Shown here one piece after another: positions 1 through 8,672 of a stretch of DNA of 44,487 bases. Made by a program: the position numbers and the translations under genes. Numbering within the stretch: the stretch's first letter is position 1; the number at the start of each line of letters is the position of its first letter. The notes below the pieces were generated by a model, which made no database searches, was not told the origin of the DNA, and saw nothing but the letters and a program-made list of their open reading frames with translations. The stretch lies in the sequence record OQ221563.1; one strand, 5' to 3'. Source of the stretch: Acinetobacter phage NJ01.

Positions 1-142
1 CGTTGTTGTCTTTCAGACCCTTGATTTCCGCCTGTACTTCTTCTGCGGTCATGAACGTTGATTTATACCCGTCACCATCTGCAACAAAAAGCGCCTTCAT
101 ACCTTCCGGCAACGCGTCATATTCTGCTTTAGTAAGTTTCAT
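1..142 (-). CDS. Head scaffolding protein, N-terminal part (ATG at 142, runs off the left end of the window; reads in frame into the scaffold ORF at 43925..44487 if the ends are joined)
   Basis: Minus-strand ORF MKLTKAEYDALPEGMKALFVADGDGYKSTFMTAEEVQAEIKGLKDNN... with AGGGGGA RBS 5' of the ATG. 142 nt is 47 codons + 1, and joining to the rc of 44487..44480 gives ...KDNN-AKLV-SEKKAEAERR with no stop. Confidence 0.5.
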   Translation of the reverse strand, partial: MKLTKAEYDALPEGMKALFVADGDGYKSTFMTAEEVQAEIKGLKDNN

Positions 143-232
143 GCTATCCCCCTGGGATTGTGGCAGAGCGGGCCACCCGCTCGACTTCACGCCTCTAATA
201 TTATCAGTGATAAAAATAATCGCAAAATTAGC

Positions 233-262
233 TTGCAATCCGTGTATTGGTTGCACTATATT
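233..262 (+). promoter_or_regulatory. sigma70-like promoter (TTGCAA, 18-bp spacer, TATATT) with two ATTGGTTGCA elements, driving the 292..1056 gene
   Basis: -35 TTGCAA at 233-238 and -10 TATATT at 257-262, with TTGGTTGCAC at 248-257 and 261-270. The stretch TATATTGGTTGCACACCAACA..GAGGA is near-identical to the promoter of the 10818 gene. Confidence 0.5.
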
Positions 263-291
263 GGTTGCACACCAACAACGAGGACGCAAAA

Positions 292-1056
292 ATGAGACTG
301 ACGAAAGATATTAAAAACCAGATTCTGGCTAACATCCTGCGCGACCATGAAATCGCGACCGAAGCAAAATCCATCATGATGGACTCTCGCGACTTGGCGT
401 ACGCCATTACGCTGGACTGTATGCCGGAAGGCATTCGCACGTTCGCCGAGTTACGCGCATATATCGCAGAAATCCGCGATAACCAGTCGAAGATGTATGG
501 CGTTAGCGTCTACACCAACAAGGCGACGTATAGCTATAACACCGACCGCCCAAAAGGTATCGGCAGCGTTTACAACGCCACCTTTGAAATCAACGCAGGC
601 GGCAATGTTCGCACCTTGTCATTGAGCGGCGACGGTCGACAACACCGCATACATCGCGGATACTGGGAAGAGAAATATATGAATAAGCTCGCTCCTGATC
701 TCGGCGATATCGTTCCTGGGTTCGAGGCAGTTATGCTCGCGTCAGTGTGCGAAGTGGACGAGGACGGGAAAGCGTTGCCGATATATCTTCCTCGCGATCG
801 CGCGGACTACCCGGCAGACCACGACTTCTGTAAGCGCCTGGACCGTAACGACAAGGCCCGCCGCGAATTGCGCGCGAAGTATGACGCGTTCAAACTAACC
901 GTTACCGGCGTGCTGGATATGCACAATACCGATAAGAAGCTGATCAAGGCGTGGCCTGAAGTTGAACAGTTTATTCCATACCCGGATAAGCCGAAGTCCA
1001 CGGCGGTGGCGCTGGACGTGAAGACGTTAAACGAAATCTGCGGTATTCCGCGCTAA
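292..1056 (+). CDS. Hypothetical protein (255 aa); plus-strand moron-like gene inside the minus-strand head/lysis block
   Basis: ORF with GAGGA RBS before the ATG at 292, its own promoter upstream and a hairpin terminator downstream. No recognisable motif. Confidence 0.7.
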   Translation: MRLTKDIKNQILANILRDHEIATEAKSIMMDSRDLAYAITLDCMPEGIRTFAELRAYIAEIRDNQSKMYGVSVYTNKATYSYNTDRPKGIGSVYNATFEINAGGNVRTLSLSGDGRQHRIHRGYWEEKYMNKLAPDLGDIVPGFEAVMLASVCEVDEDGKALPIYLPRDRADYPADHDFCKRLDRNDKARRELRAKYDAFKLTVTGVLDMHNTDKKLIKAWPEVEQFIPYPDKPKSTAVALDVKTLNEICGIPR

Positions 1057-1057
1057 C

Positions 1058-1090
1058 AAAAGGGGGCCATTACGGCCCCCGAATTATTTG
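1058..1090. terminator. Bidirectional intrinsic terminator between convergent genes
   Basis: GGGGGCC-attac-GGCCCCC stem (1063-1080), flanked by T-rich sequence on both strands. Confidence 0.6.
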
Positions 1091-1300
1091 CTGCAACTCC
1101 AGGACCTGCGCCCTCAGCTTCGCCCCGCATTCCATATTTTTCACGTCAATCATCAAATCTTCGTCGGGGTCCGCGGACGGGTTATCGAACTTGCACGGCG
1201 GTCGCAGTGCCGACTCCGTTAGCGGCATCAACGGCACGTTGCTTGATCCGCACGCGCTCAACATCAAAACTACAATCAGGGCGGTTAGGGCGCGTAACAT
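1070..1300 (-). CDS. o-spanin (Rz1-like outer-membrane lipoprotein), embedded out of frame in the i-spanin gene
   Basis: MLRALTALIVVLMLSAC-GSS signal peptide with lipobox; Pro-rich mature part. ATG at 1300 with AAGAGG RBS (track M1 is TTG). Overlaps 1182..1511 in another frame, the classic Rz/Rz1 architecture. Confidence 0.6.
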   Translation of the reverse strand: MLRALTALIVVLMLSACGSSNVPLMPLTESALRPPCKFDNPSADPDEDLMIDVKNMECGAKLRAQVLELQQIIRGP

Positions 1301-1511
1301 ATTTAACAACCTCTTTCGTGATAGTCCTGTATTCTACGTCGCGGGCCTGTTCGGCCTGCACGGAGCGCTCAACAACTTTAGTTTGCTGCCGTTGGGCTTC
1401 GGCCTGCGCTTCTTGCGCCGCCTCCGCCACTACGCCAGCGCGATAGGAGTCACCTAGCCAGAATCCTACCGCCAGACCTATAACCAGTCCAATAGCCGCA
1501 TACTTAATCAC
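1182..1511 (-). CDS. i-spanin (Rz-like): N-terminal TM plus coiled coil
   Basis: N-terminal TM helix (IKYAAIGLVIGLAVGFWL) followed by a charged coiled-coil region (AQEAQAEAQRQQTK...). GTG start at 1511 with GGGGG RBS. The o-spanin gene is embedded in its 3' half. Confidence 0.6.
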   Translation of the reverse strand: MIKYAAIGLVIGLAVGFWLGDSYRAGVVAEAAQEAQAEAQRQQTKVVERSVQAEQARDVEYRTITKEVVKYVTRPNRPDCSFDVERVRIKQRAVDAANGVGTATAVQVR

Positions 1512-2607
1512 GCCATAACCCCCGGTTTTTAAGCTGTGCGATAGTCATTAGTTCGCCAGAATCGGTGAACATCTTCGGCACTTTCACGCCGCGCATAATC
1601 TGGTCGGCGCGTTGCACTCCGTATAATTCTTCCAGGATATGGCGCGGCTGGCGCTGTACCCATGAGAAGAAATCAGTCTGCGCGTCAACCTGCTCACTCA
1701 GCAATCGACCCGCGTCAGCCTTCAGTGCCGGACGCTTACCACTGGGCCAATCTTCCATGCCTTTAACCTTCCACGTCTCCGTCGATCGGCAGCAATAATG
1801 CAGCTTGCCCGGACCAGCGCCATATTGTGATCCAGCCACCACTTTCCCGCCGCGCTTTCCTTTGGTGTCCGGAGTAACATCAACTGGATAAAACAGGCGA
1901 TCGCGTAGCTGGCACATGGGAGAAGTATGCGTGTCCAATGTAGATAACCATTGGCGACCTTCGATAATATCGTCATTTGCTTTTACCATTAGTTCGCGGG
2001 CGGTCGCCGCATAGTGGTTGACTGCAGACTTAACAACGCTTGAGATAGCTTGCGCACTACGACCGCCGAGTGCGCGCCTCACGTCCGCTATAATTTCCAT
2101 CGTCGGCTTGCCCTGGATGAATCCAGCGCGCACCTGATTCCCGATCTGCGTCCGGGTCCACTCGGAAAGTGAATCAGGCCATTGCATCATGGTGTTTCCC
2201 TGGAACGGGTTTTTCATTGCCGTCGCTGCAATCTGCGCGCCGGTCACAACACCCACAACCTCGACAGCCGGTACGGCGACCGCGGGCTGGATCGCTGCCG
2301 TTAGTGTATCGGCAAGATAATCAGCCTCGGTGTCGGCGAACTCCTGAAGGCTTTCAGCCAGCGCCTTAAACTCGGCGCGCAGTTCCGTTTTGACGGTCTT
2401 GTCGAGTTGCGTTAAAAGTGTGGTAAGTGCCTTGTTGCTCATGGACTTTTTACCATCAAGTAACTCGGTCAACTTACCCAATAAAGCGGGCCGGAACTTC
2501 TCCCACATAGCCAGCACCCTTCGCGCCTGGTCATTGCTCAGGCGCTGGGTGAAGATGTGACGGCGAATCATTCGATCCGCCAAATATTGATTAATTGTCT
2601 TCGCCAT
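1504..2607 (-). CDS. Head morphogenesis protein (Mu gpF / SPP1 gp7 family minor head protein)
   Basis: 367 aa with ...WLSTLDTHTSPMCQLRD...YP...HYCCRS..., typical of the Phage_Mu_F domain. Start overlaps the portal gene stop. Confidence 0.8.
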   Translation of the reverse strand: MAKTINQYLADRMIRRHIFTQRLSNDQARRVLAMWEKFRPALLGKLTELLDGKKSMSNKALTTLLTQLDKTVKTELRAEFKALAESLQEFADTEADYLADTLTAAIQPAVAVPAVEVVGVVTGAQIAATAMKNPFQGNTMMQWPDSLSEWTRTQIGNQVRAGFIQGKPTMEIIADVRRALGGRSAQAISSVVKSAVNHYAATARELMVKANDDIIEGRQWLSTLDTHTSPMCQLRDRLFYPVDVTPDTKGKRGGKVVAGSQYGAGPGKLHYCCRSTETWKVKGMEDWPSGKRPALKADAGRLLSEQVDAQTDFFSWVQRQPRHILEELYGVQRADQIMRGVKVPKMFTDSGELMTIAQLKNRGLWRD

Positions 2608-4111
2608 TGTCCGCTACCTTGTCCGGGTCTTCTTCGGTAGATTCTACCGCATCGGGGGACATTTGAGGCAATGGATTCTGATTTCGCAATTCGTCTTCCA
2701 CCTGCTCGACGGTTTGCGAGTCGTCGATGACGCCCTGCGCCATCATCCACTTGATGAAGTCAGCCAGTCGGACCGTGCCGGTCTGCACACCCGACATCAT
2801 CGCGGTCATAAGCTGCGCATCAACCGTGATTTCGGTGTAGAACTTATTCAGCGTCACACGCTGGTCGGCGGTGTCGCCCGTGAATAGCTGGACGATTTGC
2901 AACGCGCGGTTGAAAGCCTTCTCAACGTTACCGGCAATAAGCGACAGGATACTGTTATCAGTCTGTGCATCGTAGGCCGCCTCGGTTGCCGTCTTAGGTG
3001 CGGTCCCTTTCTCGACCAGGGCTGCGCCAAGTTTAGCCATTTGCAATTCGCGTCTCTCACACAGCGCAACCGACAAGTTGCGCTCCTCCGCCTGGATCAG
3101 TTTAGCGTCCATGTTCTGCCCCAGAATAACGCCCTTAGTCGCACCGAGGGCAATGCCGCCCTTCAGGTTCTTGTCAGCCCATGATTGAGTCAAGCCAGTT
3201 GCCACCAGGGTAGGTTGGCCCACGATGTGCGCAATCTCGGCGACGTCCGCTTCAGCGTTGTAGTGCTTAATGTTGATGGACGCAATATCCGCCAGCGGCG
3301 CGGCGTCAGGCGTCGCGTTGTTGTCTACCGCGCCACACCAGCAAAACGGAAGTTGTGTCAGCGCATTACCGGCAGCATCCACCAGCGGTACAAGGTCGGT
3401 GCGGGTGAATCCACGCGGCAAGTCCATTTGCACCTCGGACGTGTCCGCGTTGTAGAACCAGCGGCGGGCGTGTGCAGCGCCGTTAATCATGCGAAGCTCG
3501 GTCCAGATTGTCACTTCGTGGTTTGCGAAGTCGTCCGGGTCTTCAGTGCTGATTTCGTCCGTTTCCTTCAGCACAATAAGCGTATCGACGCCGTGGGTCT
3601 GCCGCCAGTTGATGATCTGTTCTGCCGTGTACAGGCGGATAAGCGGGCGGTGTGACGCCATCTCCGCGGCGGTCTGAGGTACTACGTTACCCAGTTCATC
3701 AAAATGCGCCTGGCGATCGTAGTCCACCATAAAGCCCGCACGACCTGATTGCAGCACTTCTGACATAGCACCGCGCAGGAGTTGCGGCAGCGGCATACCG
3801 CTGCCGTCTACGTCGTCAATCAGGTCAGCCATCGCCCCGGAAAGGTCCAGACTTACTGGTTTAGCAAAGGCGACGCCTAACAGCGCGTTAAGTGTGCGGG
3901 CGGTGGCGTTCAGGAATACAGCGCGTTGCTTGTACGCCTTATACCGCGCCCGTGCTTTCGGGTCAGTATTGTCGCCGCTGGCGGGGTGAGGCAGGTACAA
4001 GGGGCCGCACGCCTTCACGGCGCGCTCCCCGGCTACACAATCGCGGATCATTTTCCACTCTGGCGCGATGCGCGCATAGAGTGGGTGCTGGTTGTCAACG
4101 TTAACGGTCAT
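2591..4111 (-). CDS. Portal protein
   Basis: 506 aa with acidic C-terminus, placed between TerL and the head morphogenesis gene. AAGGAAAC RBS. Confidence 0.8.
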   Translation of the reverse strand: MTVNVDNQHPLYARIAPEWKMIRDCVAGERAVKACGPLYLPHPASGDNTDPKARARYKAYKQRAVFLNATARTLNALLGVAFAKPVSLDLSGAMADLIDDVDGSGMPLPQLLRGAMSEVLQSGRAGFMVDYDRQAHFDELGNVVPQTAAEMASHRPLIRLYTAEQIINWRQTHGVDTLIVLKETDEISTEDPDDFANHEVTIWTELRMINGAAHARRWFYNADTSEVQMDLPRGFTRTDLVPLVDAAGNALTQLPFCWCGAVDNNATPDAAPLADIASINIKHYNAEADVAEIAHIVGQPTLVATGLTQSWADKNLKGGIALGATKGVILGQNMDAKLIQAEERNLSVALCERRELQMAKLGAALVEKGTAPKTATEAAYDAQTDNSILSLIAGNVEKAFNRALQIVQLFTGDTADQRVTLNKFYTEITVDAQLMTAMMSGVQTGTVRLADFIKWMMAQGVIDDSQTVEQVEDELRNQNPLPQMSPDAVESTEEDPDKVADNGEDN

Positions 4112-4121
4112 GGTCGTTTCC

Positions 4122-5507
4122 TTAGTAGAAGTCTACAGTTGGAACAACGGCGATTGGGCGAATCACGGGGAACAGGTGCGCAATTGGATAGCCCGCGGCA
4201 TCGTTCATGTGGTCCACACCGGCGGTTTTATCCGGCTCGCCTTTCTTCAGGTCGTAAACCTGCTGTTCCAGACATTTCGCTAGTGTAGGGCATTTATCCA
4301 GGTTGACAAAATACTGGCGCACGCCCTTCGAGTTGCACATCATCGTATTCATCGCGATCAATCTGTCTTTCACAGGTGGGTTAACGCTGTCGTATTCCAC
4401 CTCGAAGCCCGCGTCTTCCAGTTGCGCGATATCGGACGACGATGCGTTGACAGTCTTGCGAGACTTGCCGCTGCTATCCGGGTAAACGACAACGCGACCG
4501 GCAGCACAATGATCAGGGTAGCGCTCCTCGATCGCCTCAATCATAGCCGGGGTGTCAAACAGGTCCACAAATTCATCCACTGCGTGGATCTCGTCGCGGA
4601 ACTCCTTGTTTTCGGTGATGCGCTGCCGTCTGACGTACACGACCGCCGCCATCTTCGTGACGTTAAAGTCCATACCGATAATCAGCGTGTCTTCCGGCTG
4701 CACTTCTTCGGTGCTGGCGTTCTCATCCCGGTTAAACATCTTGTATACGGCCCCAGACGTAAGGTTGACAAACAGGCCGTTCAGGTACGCATCAATCAGG
4801 TTGGCGGGGTACTGACTGCGCAGCGTGTCGATAAAGTCTGCCGGTAAGTGGTGGTTATCGGTAGTCTTCGCCCGGATCAAACGTTTCTGGCTATCCTTCT
4901 CCACTTCGAAAATCTGGTACATCGCCCTATAGCCTTCCGGGGTGGACACGATGACGAACTGGCGTACAAAGCCTGCACGCAGACGACCGAGCAATTTATG
5001 ATACGCCGCCAGCGCAACGTCTTGCTTCGTGGTATCGAACTCGTCGGCAACAATCCACGCGGCGTTAACCCCGATCAGACGGGTATAGTTCTCCATTGAC
5101 TCACAGATAACGCGGGTCCATCTGCCTTTCACCAGCACGCTATAAATCTTGTCCTGCTTGTTGAACTTCCACCGGAAGCCTGCCTCGTCGAATGCCTTCT
5201 CCAGTTCCGGATACATGATTTTAACCAGGAGTGGGATAGTCGGCTCGGTCACGATGCCGTCATGACCAGGGTTCAGTGTCAGAAGCTGGATGACCTTACG
5301 AGCCGCAACCCATGACTTACCACCACCGAAGCCGGAACACAGTCCGAGGATTTTAGTCTTAGTGTCCCGCAGTAGTTCCACCTGGTGCGGAAGACAATCA
5401 GGCTGGTAAAGGCGGACTGCCTGCGCAACGCGTGTCGGGCGCGGCGGTCGGTTTCGCTTTGCGATCGCTCGTTCAAGGGCGCGATGTTCTGCCGCATAGT
5501 TACGCAT
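4122..5507 (-). CDS. Terminase large subunit
   Basis: Walker A LCSGFGGGKS and Walker B IVADEFD, with a C-terminal nuclease-like region. TAATG overlap with TerS. Confidence 0.9.
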   Translation of the reverse strand: MRNYAAEHRALERAIAKRNRPPRPTRVAQAVRLYQPDCLPHQVELLRDTKTKILGLCSGFGGGKSWVAARKVIQLLTLNPGHDGIVTEPTIPLLVKIMYPELEKAFDEAGFRWKFNKQDKIYSVLVKGRWTRVICESMENYTRLIGVNAAWIVADEFDTTKQDVALAAYHKLLGRLRAGFVRQFVIVSTPEGYRAMYQIFEVEKDSQKRLIRAKTTDNHHLPADFIDTLRSQYPANLIDAYLNGLFVNLTSGAVYKMFNRDENASTEEVQPEDTLIIGMDFNVTKMAAVVYVRRQRITENKEFRDEIHAVDEFVDLFDTPAMIEAIEERYPDHCAAGRVVVYPDSSGKSRKTVNASSSDIAQLEDAGFEVEYDSVNPPVKDRLIAMNTMMCNSKGVRQYFVNLDKCPTLAKCLEQQVYDLKKGEPDKTAGVDHMNDAAGYPIAHLFPVIRPIAVVPTVDFY

Positions 5508-6058
5508 TAATCACCCTGGCCTTTGCCGGTAGGCTCCACAACGACGTCGCCGTTATCATCTTCGTCGTCATCCAGCGGTACATCGTCCCGGACGCCGTGG
5601 TTGGCTTTAAGCAGGAAGGTAGCGAAGCCCGCCGCGATGGTCACGCCGCCAGCTTCCATCAGAAAGGTTTTCTGTAGCTCCATAGCGTCCGCCATCGCCT
5701 CGGCGAACTCCTCATGTGCGCGCGCCCAGCGGTACAGGCAGGCGACGCCCACGCCGATTTCCGCGGCAAATCGACCGAAGGTTGGCATTTTGTTGCGGGG
5801 GATTACTTGCGCAGCGCCTTTATCGGAGTAGTTAACCTGCCAGGCGTCGGCGTCGGCAAAATAGCGGCGAAGCTGGTCGCAGTAAACGGATCGGTAGTCA
5901 GTAGGGCGTCCACATTTGCCGCCTTTACGGCGCTTTCCGTACTCGATTTCAGGTCCGAGATTGGTATGCTCGGTTTGCTCGCCTGGTTTACGGCGCGGGG
6001 TTACTGCTACTCGTCCGTCCAGTTTGGCGCGTCGGCCCTTAACTTTGATTTCTGCCAT
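5507..6058 (-). CDS. Terminase small subunit
   Basis: Sits directly upstream of TerL. HTH-like segment PTFGRFAAEIGVGVACLYRWA and acidic C-terminus. ATG at 6058 (MAEIKVKG) with AAGGG RBS; the longer track ORF starts at a non-ATG codon. Confidence 0.7.
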   Translation of the reverse strand: MAEIKVKGRRAKLDGRVAVTPRRKPGEQTEHTNLGPEIEYGKRRKGGKCGRPTDYRSVYCDQLRRYFADADAWQVNYSDKGAAQVIPRNKMPTFGRFAAEIGVGVACLYRWARAHEEFAEAMADAMELQKTFLMEAGGVTIAAGFATFLLKANHGVRDDVPLDDDEDDNGDVVVEPTGKGQGD

Positions 6059-6128
6059 GATATAAGCCCTTTTGTGCATATGCGCCGACCATCGGCAACA
6101 TAGGAGACGGCCCTGCCATCTAAGGGGG

Positions 6129-6157
6129 ATTATAACAGGCACAAAAAAGCCCACCAA
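6129..6157 (-). promoter_or_regulatory. sigma70-like promoter for the packaging operon (TTGGTG, 17-bp spacer, TATAAT), overlapping a terminator hairpin
   Basis: rc of 6129-6134 is TATAAT and rc of 6152-6157 is TTGGTG, 17 bp apart. Just upstream on the minus strand is GCCUGCC-gattt-GGUGGGC followed by UUUUUU. Confidence 0.4.
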
Positions 6158-6175
6158 ATCGGCAGGCTGGGAGGC

Positions 6176-6388
6176 TTAAACGGCGCGCCCGTAGTATCGG
6201 GTTAACATGCTTTGTGCTTCGCTTATCGCGCCTTCTGTGTAGCGTATTTGCGACAGTATCTCGATTCGCTCATCCATCGACATCCCGACTGCCGCTGCCG
6301 TTCGTTCGAATCGGCGCAAGCCTTCGAGTTGCTTGCGTAGCTCTTTCAGGCGGTCGGCCTGCGTGCTCATGAATACTTGTCTGATCAT
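6176..6388 (-). CDS. Hypothetical small protein (70 aa)
   Basis: ORF whose ATG is coupled by an ATGA overlap to the upstream gene stop. Confidence 0.45.
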   Translation of the reverse strand: MIRQVFMSTQADRLKELRKQLEGLRRFERTAAAVGMSMDERIEILSQIRYTEGAISEAQSMLTRYYGRAV

Positions 6389-7527
6389 TTCAACATTTCC
6401 GGGCTAATGGTTAAGCGCGCTACTTCTCCGTAGTTGGCGCTATAGGTGATGACGTTGGCACTGCGTCCGCTCATCCAGCCGCCACGGCTGGCGTAGGCGT
6501 CTTTCGCTGCGAGCGTCCGGTGCTGTTCAACAATCATGTTGCGGGATTCAACAATCTTCTGGTGGTGCAAATGACCTACGTGCGCGTAGCTGTATTCGCT
6601 CGACCCGAACGCCTGTCTGAATTTAGCGATCATAACCTGCTCGATAGCATCGAATCGCGCTTTATGCCCGTGGTGGAAAAACAGCGTGGTCTTACCGTGC
6701 TGCACCATTTTGTAGACGTCCGGTGACGTGTCCACATCGACGCGCGGCTCGTTCTCATACAGAGTATTAAACATCTCAGCAAGCCAAATCATACCCGATT
6801 CGTCATGATTACCCTGGACGATTAGCAGTTTTACTTTGTGGTGTTTTTGCAGCGCCAGGTCTACCACGTTGCGCACCATGCGAATCATATAGCGGACCAA
6901 CTTCTGGTATCGTGTGTCGGCGTCCAGTACGTGCCCGCTGGCAGGGGTGACGGCATCGAGGCTATCAAAGTGCGCCATATCGCCGAGGATATTGATCACG
7001 GCAGTGCCTGCGTCTGGCGCGCGTGCGAAGGCTTCGACAAACCAGCGGTAGAACAGGTCTTCGGCGATCGCCATATCCCAGTCTTCGCCAGTCTCCTCGC
7101 CCCATGCCAACATACCCAGGTGGAAGTCTGACACGGTGTACAGGTTAAGCAAGTCGAGCGCCTGGATCGGGACTGGCGGGGCTTTTACTGGCGCTGCCGG
7201 TGTTATTTCGCTGTTCATACCCTCGACAACAGCGCGCATGGCTTCGAGTTGGCGCTCCTTGTCCTGCTCAGTGATGACCCACGACATAACCTCTTCGCCA
7301 TTGCCGCGCACCAGGGCCGATACGCGCTTAACCCCAAAACCATCGGCAACGCGCTTACGGATCACGGCATCATTGCCGTGACCAACCCCCTTTTTCGACA
7401 AGCGGGCTTTCCGCATATAGACATTGCGCAGGGCGATCCCGTATTTCTTCGCAATCTCTTTAACCGTAGTCCCTGCCTGAATTTCTGCGATCAATTGCTC
7501 ATCGGTAATTTTAGTTTGCGGGTGCAT
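6385..7527 (-). CDS. N-terminal HTH domain fused to a calcineurin-like metallophosphoesterase
   Basis: N-terminal TVKEIAKKYGIALRNVYMRKARL (HTH). Phosphoesterase motifs DFHLG, GDMAHFD, GNHD, HHGH and GHLHH. Confidence 0.75.
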   Translation of the reverse strand: MHPQTKITDEQLIAEIQAGTTVKEIAKKYGIALRNVYMRKARLSKKGVGHGNDAVIRKRVADGFGVKRVSALVRGNGEEVMSWVITEQDKERQLEAMRAVVEGMNSEITPAAPVKAPPVPIQALDLLNLYTVSDFHLGMLAWGEETGEDWDMAIAEDLFYRWFVEAFARAPDAGTAVINILGDMAHFDSLDAVTPASGHVLDADTRYQKLVRYMIRMVRNVVDLALQKHHKVKLLIVQGNHDESGMIWLAEMFNTLYENEPRVDVDTSPDVYKMVQHGKTTLFFHHGHKARFDAIEQVMIAKFRQAFGSSEYSYAHVGHLHHQKIVESRNMIVEQHRTLAAKDAYASRGGWMSGRSANVITYSANYGEVARLTISPEMLK

Positions 7528-7593
7528 ATTTAATTAATTCCTGATTAGTGGACCGTGGACAATATACCACGGTCCGTATGGCGGCGGGCTATA

Positions 7594-7674
7594 TCAATTC
7601 GCAAATAACCATGCCGATAAAAGCCGCGGTGGTCCAGATCGCTAATACCCAAATATCTTTACGTGCCATCTTGA
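7594..7674 (-). CDS. Tiny hydrophobic micro-ORF (26 aa, MARKDIWVLAIWTTAAFIGMVICELI)
   Basis: GAGGAG RBS 8 nt before the ATG; single TM-like peptide. Followed by a 9-bp perfect hairpin (GGACCGTGG/CCACGGTCC, 7541-7566) 5' of the HTH-phosphoesterase gene. Confidence 0.3.
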
Positions 7675-7699
7675 TTACTCCTCTCGTTGATTGGTTGCA

Positions 7700-7730
7700 G
7701 TATGGCCCCTATGTTGGTTGCGAGTCAAGC
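7700..7730 (-). promoter_or_regulatory. Minus-strand sigma70-like promoter (TTGACT, 18-bp spacer, CATACT) containing two TTGGTTGC elements
   Basis: rc of 7723-7728 is TTGACT and rc of 7699-7704 is CATACT. TTGGTTGCA at 7691-7699 and TTGGTTGC at 7714-7721. Lies immediately downstream of the terminator at 7728-7758. Confidence 0.4.
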
Positions 7731-7758
7731 AATAAAAAGCCCGGTTAATTCCGGGCTT
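7728..7758 (-). terminator. Intrinsic terminator at the end of the lysis module
   Basis: AAGCCCGG-ttaatt-CCGGGCTT stem followed by a T-run on the minus strand. Confidence 0.65.
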
Positions 7759-7764
7759 AATTGT

Positions 7765-7932
7765 TTACGCTGCGGGGCCAGATTCCTCCTGCGGTGGTGG
7801 GCTTGGCAGCTTCGCGTCGAAGACCCCAGCGTGGCTGATAGTGTCCGCGATGATAGCGCGTGCGCCCGGATCTTCGGTTTTAGCCAGTGCGGCAAGCGCG
7901 TCCGCATTATGATCAAGAATACTTTTTAACAT
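7765..7932 (-). CDS. Small hypothetical protein (~55 aa) downstream of the endolysin
   Basis: ATG at 7932; MLKSILDHNADALAALAKTEDPGARAIIADTISHAGVFDAKLPSPPPQEESGPAA. Below the 60-aa track cutoff. Confidence 0.3.
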   Translation of the reverse strand: MLKSILDHNADALAALAKTEDPGARAIIADTISHAGVFDAKLPSPPPQEESGPAA

Positions 7933-7948
7933 ACTGTGTCACCTCGTA

Positions 7949-8440
7949 TTATGCTGCGTTACGACCGATTCGCTCGGCAACGTCCCACTGCTTACCATCA
8001 AACAACGCCTGTCTGCCGATTGCACGGCGCACCAGACCCTTAAGCACTTCCCCGCCTTGCTTGCGGAACAGCGGCAGCGTAGCACGGACCTTCGCCCAGT
8101 CGCCCAGGCGGACCGCATCATCGAAATCATTCGCGACGTCATCCGGTACGATCGGACCAGGACCGGCGTTGATTACCAGGTCCACCAGCGCGTCAAATTG
8201 CGCCTGGTTAATGCTCGGATGTGCGTATTTGTTCACCCAGTCCTCGGCATACGCCACATCGCGCTTGAGCAGTGCCAGCGCTTCCTCGCGGGTAATGCTT
8301 CGAGGCGGATTAGTGCCAGTATGACCATAACCCCAGGTGTACAGGCCGCGGGCCTGCTCTTTCTTGGTCGCGAAATACGGCACCGGGCTGAACGCCTCCC
8401 ATGCTGCCGTAAATCGGAGACCGTTATCACTGAATCGCAT
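7949..8440 (-). CDS. Endolysin (GH24 lysozyme / lytic transglycosylase family)
   Basis: AWEAF...GLYTWGYGHTG resembles the T4/lambda-type lysozyme catalytic region. Sits directly after two small membrane-protein genes. Confidence 0.8.
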   Translation of the reverse strand: MRFSDNGLRFTAAWEAFSPVPYFATKKEQARGLYTWGYGHTGTNPPRSITREEALALLKRDVAYAEDWVNKYAHPSINQAQFDALVDLVINAGPGPIVPDDVANDFDDAVRLGDWAKVRATLPLFRKQGGEVLKGLVRRAIGRQALFDGKQWDVAERIGRNAA

Positions 8441-8672
8441 GTTTTACCCCATTCAAAACAGCATTACGCAGTGTGCGCAATGCAAACAGCCATATTAACG
8501 CGGTCCAGGTGGTATCAGATACGTCTCCTGTTTGCAACAATCCGATAATACAGACCATTGCCGTTAACAGATACAGCACCCGACCGAAAATGCCATCCTT
8601 GACGGACGGCGCATACACGTTAAACAGGGACGAAGCCCCAATGATAACAAACAACAGGACGGAGATAATCAT
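8427..8672 (-). CDS. Small membrane protein (holin/antiholin-like, 2-3 TM)
   Basis: 81 aa, hydrophobic, coupled by ATGA overlap to the upstream holin and overlapping the endolysin start. Confidence 0.5.
   Translation of the reverse strand: MIISVLLFVIIGASSLFNVYAPSVKDGIFGRVLYLLTAMVCIIGLLQTGDVSDTTWTALIWLFALRTLRNAVLNGVKHAIQ

Noticed and set aside
3-314. 103-aa plus-strand ORF at the left edge
   Set aside because: Overlaps the promoter region and the antisense of the scaffold 5' end. The minus-strand reading has a strong RBS and continues in frame with the scaffold gene.
7949-8440. Possible SAR (signal-anchor-release) endolysin
   Set aside because: The N-terminus (MRFSDNGLRFTAAWEAF...) is not hydrophobic enough for a SAR domain, so a canonical holin-dependent cytoplasmic endolysin is more likely.
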